This document shows, one piece after another, positions 28,873 to 39,700 of a stretch of 64,000 nucleotides of DNA. Every line of letters starts with the position of its first letter. Within the stretch, counting starts at the first letter, position 1. A program made the translations under genes and the position numbers. Source of the DNA: an uncultured Bacteroidales bacterium (lineage in GTDB: Bacteria > Bacteroidota > Bacteroidia > Bacteroidales > Muribaculaceae); NCBI GenBank assembly GCA_947176235.1, contig CAMWPM010000010.1, forward strand, positions 1,523 to 65,522, read 5' to 3'. The notes under the pieces were generated by a model. It saw only the letters and a program-made list of their open reading frames with translations. It was not told the origin of the DNA and ran no database searches.

Positions 28873-29949
28873 TTACTGTTCGCTACTGAGAATCCCCCAA
28901 AGTCCTGCCATGACGTTTCCCGACAGGTACGGTCGGACGGATTCTATAGCCCTCCCGCTCATCGCCGAATATTCCTCCCCCGTCATCCCCATCATCTTCT
29001 CGATAGATTCTGCCAGCGATTCAGCCGATCCCGGCACTGTTTTTTCCCCGTTCGCTCCATCAATTACGTATTCTGCCGGACCACCTATATCCGACGCGAT
29101 TACCGGCACTCCCCCCGCAAGAGCTTCAAGCCCGACGAGTCCGAGACTTTCGTCACTACGGGTTGGGAAGGCGAATAAGTCCATTTCGCCATACATTGCA
29201 GGCAACTTGTCAGGTGCCACGGCACCACGATAATCCACTACGCCATCAAGTCCGAGGCGGCACTTCATAGCCAGCATTTCAGCCGTCTGTACTCCGGTTC
29301 CTGCCATAATTCCACGCACTTCAATCCCCTTTTCTTTAAGTATGGCAAAAGCTTTGAGATATGTATCCCATCCTTTCCCCTCGTCGATCCTCGACACATA
29401 CCCTATCGTCACAATCTTCCCCCGCATTCTCGCTCTTTCGGCAAAAAAATTCTCCCCCACTCCCCCCGAAGCCGACACAATGACCCGCTCGGCAGGGACC
29501 GACGGATATCGGCTCATGAAAAGTGTACGGAAATAATTTGATGGGACAATGATATATCTGGCTCTTCTGATAATTGGAGAAGCCATCCGGCGAAGCGTCT
29601 TTTTCAGAAATACTTCCGACAGCAGATCATTCCCGTGAACATGCACCACCGGACGCACCTTCCGCCTGACAAACAATGCAGTAAGCACTGCAGGAGTAGG
29701 GAAAGTGAGCGTGTGCACGTACAGACAGTCGTACCTTCCGAAAAGCAGCTTCCACGTTGCAATAGTATAGAACTTTGCGTACGCCGCGATTTTTGCAACT
29801 TTCGAGTATCGTCTTCCGCTTATCACCACTTTGCCATGCCTGTCCTCATTATCAAGGCTCTGCAGTCCATCCGCGGTCGTCCTGACAAATGTCCCGTACG
29901 TCGGATCTTTCGCCGACGGGTACATATTTGCTATTGTCAGCAGTTTCAT
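28873..29949 (-). CDS. family-4 (group 1) glycosyltransferase
   Basis: The C-terminal GT-B signature is present: FAFPTRSDESLGLVGLEALAGGVPVIASDIGGPAEYV (EX7E-type). Confidence 0.85.
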   Translation of the reverse strand: MKLLTIANMYPSAKDPTYGTFVRTTADGLQSLDNEDRHGKVVISGRRYSKVAKIAAYAKFYTIATWKLLFGRYDCLYVHTLTFPTPAVLTALFVRRKVRPVVHVHGNDLLSEVFLKKTLRRMASPIIRRARYIIVPSNYFRTLFMSRYPSVPAERVIVSASGGVGENFFAERARMRGKIVTIGYVSRIDEGKGWDTYLKAFAILKEKGIEVRGIMAGTGVQTAEMLAMKCRLGLDGVVDYRGAVAPDKLPAMYGEMDLFAFPTRSDESLGLVGLEALAGGVPVIASDIGGPAEYVIDGANGEKTVPGSAESLAESIEKMMGMTGEEYSAMSGRAIESVRPYLSGNVMAGLWGILSSEQ

Positions 29950-30941
29950 TCCTTGTGCTGTCGGCGTCTGAGTGCGTGGCGCACCGAATTGGTGAATTTT
30001 CTATAGGGTTCGCTCACCCGGCATAGCGAGATATGCGTGGCAAGCCGGGCGCCAAGTATCGGCTTCATTCTCCCCCACGACATCAGATCGCGGAAACGTC
30101 CGTCAAATCCTAAGATGTACTCCTTGTTATTCCCCTCTTCTATCATCAGTCCAAGTTTACGCATCATGAATCCGTCGTTTTCTCTTGCGAACTCATGATA
30201 GTGCTCGGCGTAGTCATAGCACCATACGAGTGCTGCCAGTTCCTCAGCCAGTTGCCCCTCGGTCCTCGGTTTTCTTGTGGTTGAATCGGGGTTGACACGA
30301 TAGCAGTAAGCCACAGCGTCCACCGGCGCCACTTTCCCCCGCACGTTCGTAAGCATCTGCGTCAGGATCATGCGGTCCTCGTTATAGATCTGGTTCTCAA
30401 ACGTTTCATAATTTCTGTTCTCGAACATTGTGCGGGCGATTAATGCCCCGCAGAGCGAGCAGGTCGTATCTTTCAGAATGGCTTTCAGGTAGCTTGAAGT
30501 AGTCATGCCGATCGAAAAATTCCTGTTGCGGCGCGCACCCGGTCCGTCATTGTTCACCATCACAAGATCCCCGGCAATGATGTCGGCACTTGTCCGGTGG
30601 GCTTCGGCGAGAAGTGCGCGGAAAGCACTATTAGGCAAAAAGTCGTCGGCGTCACAGAAAAAATAGTATTTTCCCCTCCCGCTCTCGATTGCAGTACGCC
30701 GTGCCACCATCGGACCGCGGTTTTCCACATGCTTGACAAGTCGGACCCGCTTGTCCCGCTTGGCATACTCTTCAACCACGGAGGCAGAATTATCAGACGA
30801 AGCATCATCCACGCATATCACCTCAAAAGCGGCGTCAGTGTCCTGACTGAGTATTGAGTCAATGCAGGCACCTATCCACTTCTCGGCATTATAGACGGGG
30901 ATACATACCGTTATCTCGATTTCTTCTCTCTCCTTATCCAT
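29946..30941 (-). CDS. family-2 glycosyltransferase
   Basis: ITVCIPVYNAEKWI...VICVDDASSD...FFCDADD is the GT-A DxD signature. Its stop overlaps the GT4 start (ATGA). Confidence 0.85.
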   Translation of the reverse strand: MDKEREEIEITVCIPVYNAEKWIGACIDSILSQDTDAAFEVICVDDASSDNSASVVEEYAKRDKRVRLVKHVENRGPMVARRTAIESGRGKYYFFCDADDFLPNSAFRALLAEAHRTSADIIAGDLVMVNNDGPGARRNRNFSIGMTTSSYLKAILKDTTCSLCGALIARTMFENRNYETFENQIYNEDRMILTQMLTNVRGKVAPVDAVAYCYRVNPDSTTRKPRTEGQLAEELAALVWCYDYAEHYHEFARENDGFMMRKLGLMIEEGNNKEYILGFDGRFRDLMSWGRMKPILGARLATHISLCRVSEPYRKFTNSVRHALRRRQHKE

Positions 30942-30983
30942 GACAACTATTAAGTCTTGCGGTTGCCGACAGCTTAAGAGTGC

Positions 30984-33284
30984 TTACTTCTTCTCGCCGT
31001 AGCCGTAACCATATCCGCGGGAAGCTTTTGTGCCGTTCACCACGAGCGAGACATTGTTAAGGCGCTTGCCTTCCACATTCTCGTTGAGGAAATCCACATC
31101 TGCCGTTGTGGTATAATTCGCACGGCACACGTAGATCACTGCATCGCACAGACGGTCGAGTGCGAACGAATCGCTCACCATACCCACTGGCGCGGAATCA
31201 ATCAGCACGTAGTCATATTCTGCCTTTAGTTTGTCCACAAGCTGGTCAAAACGGTCCGACAGCAGCAGCTCTGCAGGATTAGGGGGCACGGGACCGCTCA
31301 GGATCACGTCGAAGCGTAATCCCGAAGGCTGTTTCACGATGATGTCTGAAGCCGTTACGGTGTCGAGCGACAGATAATCTGTCAGTCCGCGACGGTCGGG
31401 AATCCCCAGACGCTGGGCGAGACGCGGCTTGCGGATGTCGGCACCGATGAGCACCACATGCTTGTCAAGCAGCGAAAGCGACGACGCCAGATTGAGTGCC
31501 ACAAATGTTTTTCCCTCCCCCGAGCGGGTTGAGGTGAGCATCACCACGCGGGATTTGTCTCCGCGGAGCACGAACTGGAGATTGGCGCGTATGAGTCGGA
31601 ACAATTCGGCGATAGAGGTGACGACTCCGGGGCGTACCACAATTTCCTCCCCTGTCTTGTCGTTGCACACTTCGCCGAGTACCGGCACCTGCGTAAGATG
31701 CTTTAGCTCGTCCACCGTCTCGAAGCGGTTCTTGAAGAGTCCGATTACGTAAAGGAGAACTACAGGAATTGCCAGACCGAAAACGAAGGCGATAATGAGC
31801 ATCAGGATCCCCGACATTGACGTTGAGTCGGCATGTGCGAATGCCTCGTCGATTATGATGGCCTTTGAATTGGAATTGGCTTGAATCATCCCCACTTCCT
31901 CGCGTCGCTGCAGAAGAAAAAGATATATGGTTTCGAGAAGTTCACGGTTACGTGCAACAGAGCGGTATTGACGCTCCTGCCGGGGTACGGATCCAAGCCT
32001 CGACTCCGCGCCCTTCCGCTCCCCGCTCATGGAGAAGAGAAGCGACTGCGCCTGTGACGCCGCACGGTCAATTGACTGGATGATAGCCTGACGGGTTGCT
32101 TCTGCCTGACGGTCGATGCGTGCCAGCTGATGGTTCCCGTCCTTCACTCCCCCCGCGAGCTTCATCCTGGTGCCTATCAGCTCGTTGTATTGCTCTACTA
32201 TCTTGGCGATCGACGGATCATCCACCACGAGAGGCATCATTTTGGTATTGTTGGAGGAATCGGCGAGAAATTCTTTTGCCATTTTTAGGATTTCGAGGCG
32301 GGAGCGGGCATCAAGTTCTTTTTCTTCTGCAAGCCCGCGGCGTTCAAACTGGTACTTCGTCTCAGCCTCGATGTCGCTCATCCGCTCATTCTGCTTGTAC
32401 GTCTCGATTCCGGCTTCCGCCGATTCCAGTTCGCGCTGGAGCAGGACTGCGCGGTTATCGATAAAGTCAAGTGTGGCTTGAGTCATCGCGCGGCGGTCAT
32501 TGACGCCTTTCTGATTGTACTGCGCCACGATTTCGTTTAGCAGATTCATCCCCGCGTATATGTCGGGGCACTCCGTGTAAAGCTCTATGGCTGAACTCTT
32601 CCGGCTCACAATCCCTACGTTCACATCCCTGCCGAGCTTCTCTGCCATTGCATCGTAACTGCGGAAACTGATTGACATCTTCACTTTCTCTCCTGCCACG
32701 TATGATGCGGTGGTCGCCAGAGTGAACTGTCCGTAGGGGGTGTTGAGCAGTGCCGGTAAATGAAGATCCTTTTCTTTTAATATCGTCCTTCTCTCGGCTT
32801 TTGCCTTCACGGACGCAAGACCCTCGGTATTGACCGTGACCTTGAATGAAATCACTGAGCGGAGAGTATCGGCTATTGTCGAGTCGACGGGTGTGAGTGT
32901 CAGAGGGGTATCTTCCCCGTAGACACGTCTGTATTTTGTTGGGAAAATTCGGAGATTATACGACGTGTTGAGTCCTAAAGCTTCCACAGCCCTGCGCATT
33001 ATCTCATGTGAACCCATCACGATCACTTCGTCGTCCACCTTCGGACCGTTGCCGAATATCGCTGCCAGTCCGCCCGACGCTCCGTCGGTCGAAAGCCCGG
33101 TCATCGGATCCTCGCTCGACATCATCACGTTGGCTTCCACAAGGTATTCCTTATCTCTTCGGATTATCGAGAACAATGCGATTGACACACAGAATCCCAC
33201 TGAGATGACAAACCACCACCAGTGTTTCACCCACAGCGCCACAAGCGCTTTTACGTCGATTGTATCTGATGCTTTCTTTTTCAT
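30984..33284 (-). CDS. wzc: polysaccharide co-polymerase / tyrosine autokinase (Wzc/GumC type)
   Basis: An N-terminal Wzz-like region with two TM segments and a long coiled coil. The C-terminal kinase has Walker A SGEGKTFVALNLA and Walker B-like VLIDSAP. The tail is Tyr-rich (SRGYGYGYGEKK). Confidence 0.9.
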   Translation of the reverse strand: MKKKASDTIDVKALVALWVKHWWWFVISVGFCVSIALFSIIRRDKEYLVEANVMMSSEDPMTGLSTDGASGGLAAIFGNGPKVDDEVIVMGSHEIMRRAVEALGLNTSYNLRIFPTKYRRVYGEDTPLTLTPVDSTIADTLRSVISFKVTVNTEGLASVKAKAERRTILKEKDLHLPALLNTPYGQFTLATTASYVAGEKVKMSISFRSYDAMAEKLGRDVNVGIVSRKSSAIELYTECPDIYAGMNLLNEIVAQYNQKGVNDRRAMTQATLDFIDNRAVLLQRELESAEAGIETYKQNERMSDIEAETKYQFERRGLAEEKELDARSRLEILKMAKEFLADSSNNTKMMPLVVDDPSIAKIVEQYNELIGTRMKLAGGVKDGNHQLARIDRQAEATRQAIIQSIDRAASQAQSLLFSMSGERKGAESRLGSVPRQERQYRSVARNRELLETIYLFLLQRREEVGMIQANSNSKAIIIDEAFAHADSTSMSGILMLIIAFVFGLAIPVVLLYVIGLFKNRFETVDELKHLTQVPVLGEVCNDKTGEEIVVRPGVVTSIAELFRLIRANLQFVLRGDKSRVVMLTSTRSGEGKTFVALNLASSLSLLDKHVVLIGADIRKPRLAQRLGIPDRRGLTDYLSLDTVTASDIIVKQPSGLRFDVILSGPVPPNPAELLLSDRFDQLVDKLKAEYDYVLIDSAPVGMVSDSFALDRLCDAVIYVCRANYTTTADVDFLNENVEGKRLNNVSLVVNGTKASRGYGYGYGEKK

Positions 33285-33288
33285 GGTT

Positions 33289-34095
33289 TTAACGGAGTGC
33301 GAGAGCGATGACGAGTGAGACGATTACCGATGAAGCGGAGATAATTGTTGATGCCAACGACAGCTTGAAGGCATTGTCCTGATTGTAGCGCGAATTGGAC
33401 TTGCGGATGGAGTTTGGCTCCACGATCACCACGTCATTTTGTTTCATGTAGAATGCGGGAGATTTGATCATGTCGGAGCTGGTGAGATCCAGGCGGTAGA
33501 ATTTATTCACCCCGTCCTCCTGACGGATCACGAGCACATTCTCCCTCACGCCGTATGGTGTCAGGTCGCCGGCTTCCGCAAGAGCGTCAAGGATTGTGAC
33601 GCGCTCACCGTCTGCAGTGATGCGACCGGGTTTCTGTACCTCACCCAACACATTGACATGCATGTTGTAAAGCTCAACTCTCACCACCGGATCATTGATT
33701 TCACGTGAGAGTTCCGATGTGAGGAGCTTTGAAAGTTCGATCGTGGTCAGTCCCGCCACATGTATCGAACCCACAAGCGGGAAAGTGATGTCACCCTGCG
33801 CGTTGACAAGATACGGTCGGATTCCGTTATAGTTGATGCTGCTTCTTTCTGTCTGCACCGGAAGGGTGGCTATCAGATTGTTATACGGAGCTGCTGCCTC
33901 CGGCACTTCCGACGTCACTGTAATGAGAAGCTGATCGTCCGGTTCAATTTTCACTTCGGGTATCGTGATATTTATTGTATCTGACTGTAAGCCCTTTATG
34001 TCCTCGAAATAGACCAGCGATTCGCGCTGCGAGTGGCACGAACTTATTGATGACAGGAAGATAAGAAGTAGTGTTGCAGTGTAGAAATGTTTCAT
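33289..34095 (-). CDS. wza: outer-membrane polysaccharide export lipoprotein (Wza/BexD type)
   Basis: Lipobox ...SSISSC, a Poly_export signature (DDQLLITV...PYLVNAQGDITFPLVGSIHVAGLT), SLBB-like repeats and a C-terminal hydrophobic helix. Confidence 0.88.
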   Translation of the reverse strand: MKHFYTATLLLIFLSSISSCHSQRESLVYFEDIKGLQSDTINITIPEVKIEPDDQLLITVTSEVPEAAAPYNNLIATLPVQTERSSINYNGIRPYLVNAQGDITFPLVGSIHVAGLTTIELSKLLTSELSREINDPVVRVELYNMHVNVLGEVQKPGRITADGERVTILDALAEAGDLTPYGVRENVLVIRQEDGVNKFYRLDLTSSDMIKSPAFYMKQNDVVIVEPNSIRKSNSRYNQDNAFKLSLASTIISASSVIVSLVIALALR

Positions 34096-34213
34096 GGGCG
34101 ATGTGGTTTACTTGACACACTTATACCTTTTTTAACGCACCCTACTGACGATTTATTACATCCCCCTGTCACTTTTTAACTGCTGAAAATTTGTCTCCCT
34201 CCCATTTATCCGC

Positions 34214-34221
34214 TATATTTG
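34214..34221 (+). promoter_or_regulatory. candidate -7 promoter box (TATATTTG) for the CotH gene
   Basis: Matches TAnnTTTG and lies 49 nt upstream of ATG 34270. The surrounding 16-mer CGCTATATTTGTACTC differs at one base from the ruvX promoter context CGCTATCTTTGTACTC. Confidence 0.45.
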
Positions 34222-34269
34222 TACTCGTATCCAATTATTTATCATTTTCCCTCTCCACAATCCAATATC

Positions 34270-36753
34270 ATGTCACATTCTTTTTCCCGTTTCCTTGCTT
34301 CGGCGGCTCTGCTTTTTGGAGTATCGTCGCTTTCGGCTCATGCCCAGTCACCTGTCATCAATGAGGTGATGCAGAGCAACATCGATTGTATTTTTGTCGA
34401 CCACGAATTTCCTGATTCATGGCTTGAACTCTATAATCCCACTTCATCCGACATCAACCTCGGGGGATGGGCGGTCGGCACCTCCGAAAAAATCAAAAAA
34501 GCTTGGAAATTGCCCTCTTCTGCTGTCATCAAAGCAGGAGGCTACCTCCTCATTTATTGCGACAAGACCGGTGACAAGGGACTTCACGCAAGTTTCCGCA
34601 TCGACTCTGGCAAGGGGTCTGTCTACCTCTTTGACGCACAGGGCAATGTCGTGGAACAGCTCGATCTTAAGAAGCAGATTGAGCCTAATGTTGCCTATGG
34701 TCGTACATCCGACGGCGGCGACAAATGGAGCTATTTCGTCTCCCCCTCCCCCGCCGCCTCCAACAATTCTTCTGTTCCCGCATCCGAACTTCTTCCCGAA
34801 CCGGAATTCAGCTTGCCCGGAATGGTCACGGTTGCCGGTAGCGGGACTGTAAAACTTACGGTCTCACTCCCCGCCGATGCCCCCGCCGACGCTTTCCTTT
34901 GTGTGACCACCGACGGACGCGAGCCTGTTGAGAAAGACAAAGTGAACGGCTCTTCCGTCGATTTTTCATTCTCCTCCACACGCGTCGTGCGAGCCAAACT
35001 CATCAGCCCTTCAGCCCTTCAGCGCCGTTCCACCACCCACTCCTACATCTTCCACCCCGTTGCCACTGATCTTGATGTTGTATCAATCGTCACCGACAAC
35101 AGTTATTTTTACGACAATAAGGAAGGTATCTTTGTTGGTGAGGTTGACAAGAATCCCAACTGGGAACAGGACTGGCGCCGTCCTATCAATATCGAATATT
35201 TCCAGGGTAAGGATCACGATCTCGCATTCAATCAGCTCTCTGAGACTCGTGTGCAGGGCGGGTGGTCTCGTCGAAACGCACAGAAATCCCTCGCTGTCTA
35301 TTCCAACAAGCGTTTTGGTACCAAGCGCTTCTACGCCAACATCTGGGAGGACAAGCCCAATGTGACCGAACCGCAGTCATTCATCATGCGTAATGGCGGC
35401 AACTGTTTCGACGACGCCCGTATCAACGATCAGTTAGGTCACAAAATTATCGGGACTAACTCTCCCTTCCTCGACTGGCAGGCTTACACCCCTGCCGTCT
35501 ACTACATCAACGGCAAATACATGGGGCTCACCGACATCCGCGAGCGTAGCAACGAGGATTACGTAGCTGCCAACTACGATGGGCTTGAGGATATCGACAT
35601 GCTCGAAAATCACTGGGAAGTTAAGGCTGGCGACGAAAAAGCATATAACGAGCTGCTCGACTATGTCAACAGCGGCAGCGCTACGCTCGACGGGCTTCGC
35701 GAACGCATCGACGTCGACAATTTCCTCGACATGATGGCGATCAAGGCTTTCGGTCACGACACCGATTTCCCCGACAACAACATCGTGGCTTGGCGTCCGA
35801 CTGCCGACGGTGGTAAATGGCGTTGGTTGCTTAAAGATATTGACCGCCTCGGTATTCACTGGATGGTAGATGAGATCAACAACGATTACCTTGATCACAT
35901 CGAGAGCAAGATCAACGACCGTAATCAGCGTCGCAATTGCATGATTTTTAAATTATTCTATACTCTTGACGATGCTAAGGACCTCTACATCGACCGCATG
36001 GCAATCTATATGGGCGACATGCTGTCTACCGGGTATGCGCAGGCTTTGATTGACAAAATGGCTTCGGAGATTGAGCCTGAATACCTTCGCCACCTTAAAG
36101 TATATTACCCCAACGACGCCGATGGCAGATATGAATGGTGGGGTGACTGGTCATGGAAAGGTCATATAAGATATCTCCGCGACACTTTCTGGCCCAAACG
36201 CCGCGATGCTGTCTACAGCCAGCTCAAAAAACGCTTCAAACTCGGAAACATTGTCCCCATGACAATTGATCGTGGCGAAACCGATGTAACTTTCAATGGC
36301 TTAAATCTCAGTCAGCCGAAATGGAACGGCAAATTCTTCGCCGGTCGCACCATCAATCTTGAGTCGGCTGATGATAGCCGTGGCTGGATTGTAAAGACTA
36401 CCAGGTCCGGGAAACCATCCGAACAGAAAATCCCCTCTCCAAAGGCTTCTTTCACCATTCCTTCCGACGCCTCTAAGGTAGAGATCTGCCTTGTCGACAT
36501 CTCAAGCTCGATCGGTGAAATAACAGCCGCCGACAGCAACGCTCTGAGCGTTACTGCCGACGGAGAATCTGTATCTGTTGCAGCCTGTGAGAAAATCTCC
36601 CGCGCCGAAGTCTTCGATGCTTCCGGCAACTGCCTTGCCGATGTACGTCCCGAATCTGAATCCGTACGTATCGGCATCGATCGCGCTTCCGCCGTGCTGA
36701 TCGTCAGAGTCACCACGCCTTCCGCCACCACCGTCCGCAAGCTCACTCGCTGA
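34270..36753 (+). CDS. secreted CotH-family protein with an N-terminal lamin-tail (LTD) domain and a T9SS-like C-terminal sorting domain
   Basis: Signal peptide MSHSFSRFLASAALLFGVSSLSAHAQ. LTD signature INEVM...WLELYNPTSSDINLGGWAV...GGYLLIY. CotH core RVQGGWSRRNAQKSLAVYSNKRFG...DQLGHKI...NYDG. The last ~80 aa (AEVFDASGNCLADV...AVLIVRVTT...TVRKLTR) resemble a type A T9SS CTD. Confidence 0.8.
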   Translation: MSHSFSRFLASAALLFGVSSLSAHAQSPVINEVMQSNIDCIFVDHEFPDSWLELYNPTSSDINLGGWAVGTSEKIKKAWKLPSSAVIKAGGYLLIYCDKTGDKGLHASFRIDSGKGSVYLFDAQGNVVEQLDLKKQIEPNVAYGRTSDGGDKWSYFVSPSPAASNNSSVPASELLPEPEFSLPGMVTVAGSGTVKLTVSLPADAPADAFLCVTTDGREPVEKDKVNGSSVDFSFSSTRVVRAKLISPSALQRRSTTHSYIFHPVATDLDVVSIVTDNSYFYDNKEGIFVGEVDKNPNWEQDWRRPINIEYFQGKDHDLAFNQLSETRVQGGWSRRNAQKSLAVYSNKRFGTKRFYANIWEDKPNVTEPQSFIMRNGGNCFDDARINDQLGHKIIGTNSPFLDWQAYTPAVYYINGKYMGLTDIRERSNEDYVAANYDGLEDIDMLENHWEVKAGDEKAYNELLDYVNSGSATLDGLRERIDVDNFLDMMAIKAFGHDTDFPDNNIVAWRPTADGGKWRWLLKDIDRLGIHWMVDEINNDYLDHIESKINDRNQRRNCMIFKLFYTLDDAKDLYIDRMAIYMGDMLSTGYAQALIDKMASEIEPEYLRHLKVYYPNDADGRYEWWGDWSWKGHIRYLRDTFWPKRRDAVYSQLKKRFKLGNIVPMTIDRGETDVTFNGLNLSQPKWNGKFFAGRTINLESADDSRGWIVKTTRSGKPSEQKIPSPKASFTIPSDASKVEICLVDISSSIGEITAADSNALSVTADGESVSVAACEKISRAEVFDASGNCLADVRPESESVRIGIDRASAVLIVRVTTPSATTVRKLTR

Positions 36754-39700
36754 GCGTGCGGATAGTGGCGCCTGCAGTGTGGGCCGTAAGTTGCGGTGCC
36801 TGCTGGCAGGTTGCGGTTGCGATTCCCGAGGTGAAGGTGCCCGCGGTTGCGGCATCCATTTCCACTGAGATTCTGTAAGTTCCTCTCACCAGATGAGTGA
36901 TGAACAGGCGGGTGGAAGAATCTCGGTTCTCCCGGTAGAATCTCAGTCCGTCAGCCCATTCCCAGCCGGGCAACTGCTTGACAGGTTCCAGACATGCCGC
37001 ACGGCTGTCATCCACCGTCACATAGTCCATATCGGTATCCGCCTTGATCAGCAGGTCCACCCTCACGCGGTCACCCACTTTGAGTTCTTTCGTCTCTTCC
37101 CACGTCACGCCGCCATTAGCATCGGCAACGCGTCGGAAGAGACGTTTTTCTATCGATAGTTCCTGACAGCTGTGCGCGGGGACTTCCGTCATGGCTCCCG
37201 TGTAGCGTGCCATCACCGCACCCCACGCAGGGTGCACTCCGGTTTTTTCCACCACGAGCTTCGTGCCGTTATCTGTCCAATGCCAGGATGCCGGATCCGA
37301 CGGACGTGTCCAGTCTGTCCCTGTGGATAGAATCGAACTTACCGCACGCACTGTCCCGATGGTAGCGCCCCAGTCAAGTGCAAGCTTGCGCATCACGAGC
37401 CACTGCCTGATGGCGTCGACTTCCGGACGACCCGGATCAATCGTGTTAAATGCCTGAAGCAGGTTCGACGTAATGCCGATTTTCCCCATTGACCAGGCGT
37501 AGGTAGTGTCGAGCTGACGCCAGCACATTCCTTGCACCGGATTCACCGTTGCCAGCTGTCGGAGTGACTCTGCCACGAGCCTTGCATCGCGCACATGACC
37601 GGTTTTTTCAAGCACCACGGCTGCTATGCCTTTCCCTGCGATATCAAGATTCTTCCATTCACGCGCCAGCCTTTTGCCTGTAGCGTTGATGATGGTGCGG
37701 GCGGAGGAGGAAATTTCCGAAATCGGTTCGAGGCGCAGCCGTAGCCACGAATAACGGGTGAAATCGGAGTCGGGCGACTTGTCGTAGCTCTTTTTTTCTT
37801 CCTTGTCAAGCCACGATATGGCTCGGCGGGCGGAATATTTGAGCTGGTTCGATTCAGGAAGCGCCCCGAGATCGGCGAGATCAGCCAGCATCGACAGGAC
37901 ATTTTCGGTCACCCACATCGACGGACGGTCATCGGCGTCCGCGCCCCCGATCCACTGCCAGCCACCTTTTTTGCTCTCGAATTTCGACAGCTGCTCGATC
38001 AGACCGGGTATGCGGAGTTTAGCATCTTCCGCTCCCTTAAGGTCTTCGGTAATCCAGGGATATTTCGATGCGAGCCATGCAGTTGTTGCAGCCGAGTACA
38101 GCGCTTCCGCTATCTCCACTGAAGTAGTGTTGCCCTTCGCCTCGATTGCAGGAAGCGCCTTCGCCACCTCAAGTGCGGCGTTGTCGGTAAGCAGCACGTT
38201 CACTTCACTTCCCGCAGGAATTTCTGGTGTGACGACAAGAGATGAAGAATCAGGCGCAAGGTAGAAAGGTGTCGAATCAACCACCGGCTGCCATACGTCA
38301 AGCACCGGAATTGCCACTTTCTCTCCGTCACTGCTCCCGCGATCCGTTACGGCTGCTATACGGTAAATCAGCGTATCCACGTTTGCTGGCGGCACATCCA
38401 GATCTATCGAAACTGAAGCCGTAGATTTTCCTTCAAGTTCAAGAGCCACCTTTCTCTCTGCTATCATGCTCCCTTCATTTGTCAGCACCTCTACCAGAGC
38501 CTCAGCCTTGATTGCGCTGTCAGTAGCATTTGACACTTCCCCGATTATCAGCGCTTTGTCTCCTCGGCGGAGGAAGCGGGGGGAACGTGATTTTACCACA
38601 ACAGGCTTTAAAGCCGTGATTATGTGACTGATACGTCCCGTTTTTAGGGCTTTATCGTACGAAAATGCTTCAAATTGCCATGTCGCATTCGCCTCTGGCA
38701 CAGTGAATTCCAGATTCACGATTCCTGACGGCTCTGTAGTAAGGGCCGGACGGAAGAATGCGAGGGGAATTTCGGCATCCCGGTAGCGCACGGCAGGCTC
38801 TTCTGCCGGCGAGTTCGCTTCACCCGCTCCTCCCGCATCAGCCATTCCGTTATCGCCTTCGGCTTCAGCCACTTCCTCCGCTACTGCAGAATCGGCATCG
38901 ACTGAGTATGCCATTTTCGCTGATTCGCGTTTCACCGCACCCACCATCATCGGAGCAGCCATTTCTGTTGCCGTCATCACTTCATCCATCACGACCTCTT
39001 CCTCGACGACGACGTCATCGGAGGAGGACGTAGCGGCTCCTCTCACCATTAAGGTATTGGTGAATTTGCGGTAACGGCGTCCCCCGAGCCATCTTTCTCC
39101 GTAGAGATTAAATTCGGGCGCATTTACGCCAAACAACGGTGCCGTTCTCCCCCCGCGCGTCCACGCTGATTCGTAGCAGTGACCATTATAGCCGTTCACG
39201 TTGAGCATCGGCATCGGGAGGGAGGGGAAATGAGGATTGATCGAGTGAGGTTCGAGTGCATCGAGCGCAGCATTCCACATCCCCGCCACCATCGCAGCCT
39301 CAATTTGACAGACGTCTCCGAGACTGACGCTGAAGTTCCACGTCTCTTCGGTTCCGGGCACAAGACGGTTACGGAACGACTTTGATGTAATCTGCAACGG
39401 CTCGGACGGTCGTGTCACCGTGACCGGGGTTGTGATTGACGACAGATCGTATGTGGCATACAGACGTACTGCGAGCGTGTTGTCCCCTGCCGGAATATTC
39501 ACCTCTATCTTGTTCCATCCCGGTGCGAGGGTCTTCACTTGTGTAGGAAGGAGGGAGTCCACCGTCGCACTGATCACATAGAGCGTCGGCGACGTTACGT
39601 CGGCAAGCACATTGATCACTGCTTTTCCGTCCGCATCCGTCACAACCTGATTGACCGGCGTCCAGAACGGCACGTCATCTACGGGCAGATTGTTCTTCTT

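Noticed and set aside
34096-34269. A possible invertible promoter (inverton) controlling the EPS locus, as in Bacteroides capsule loci.
   Set aside because: I could find no flanking inverted repeats of useful length in the wza/cotH spacer, and no site-specific recombinase gene is present in the window.
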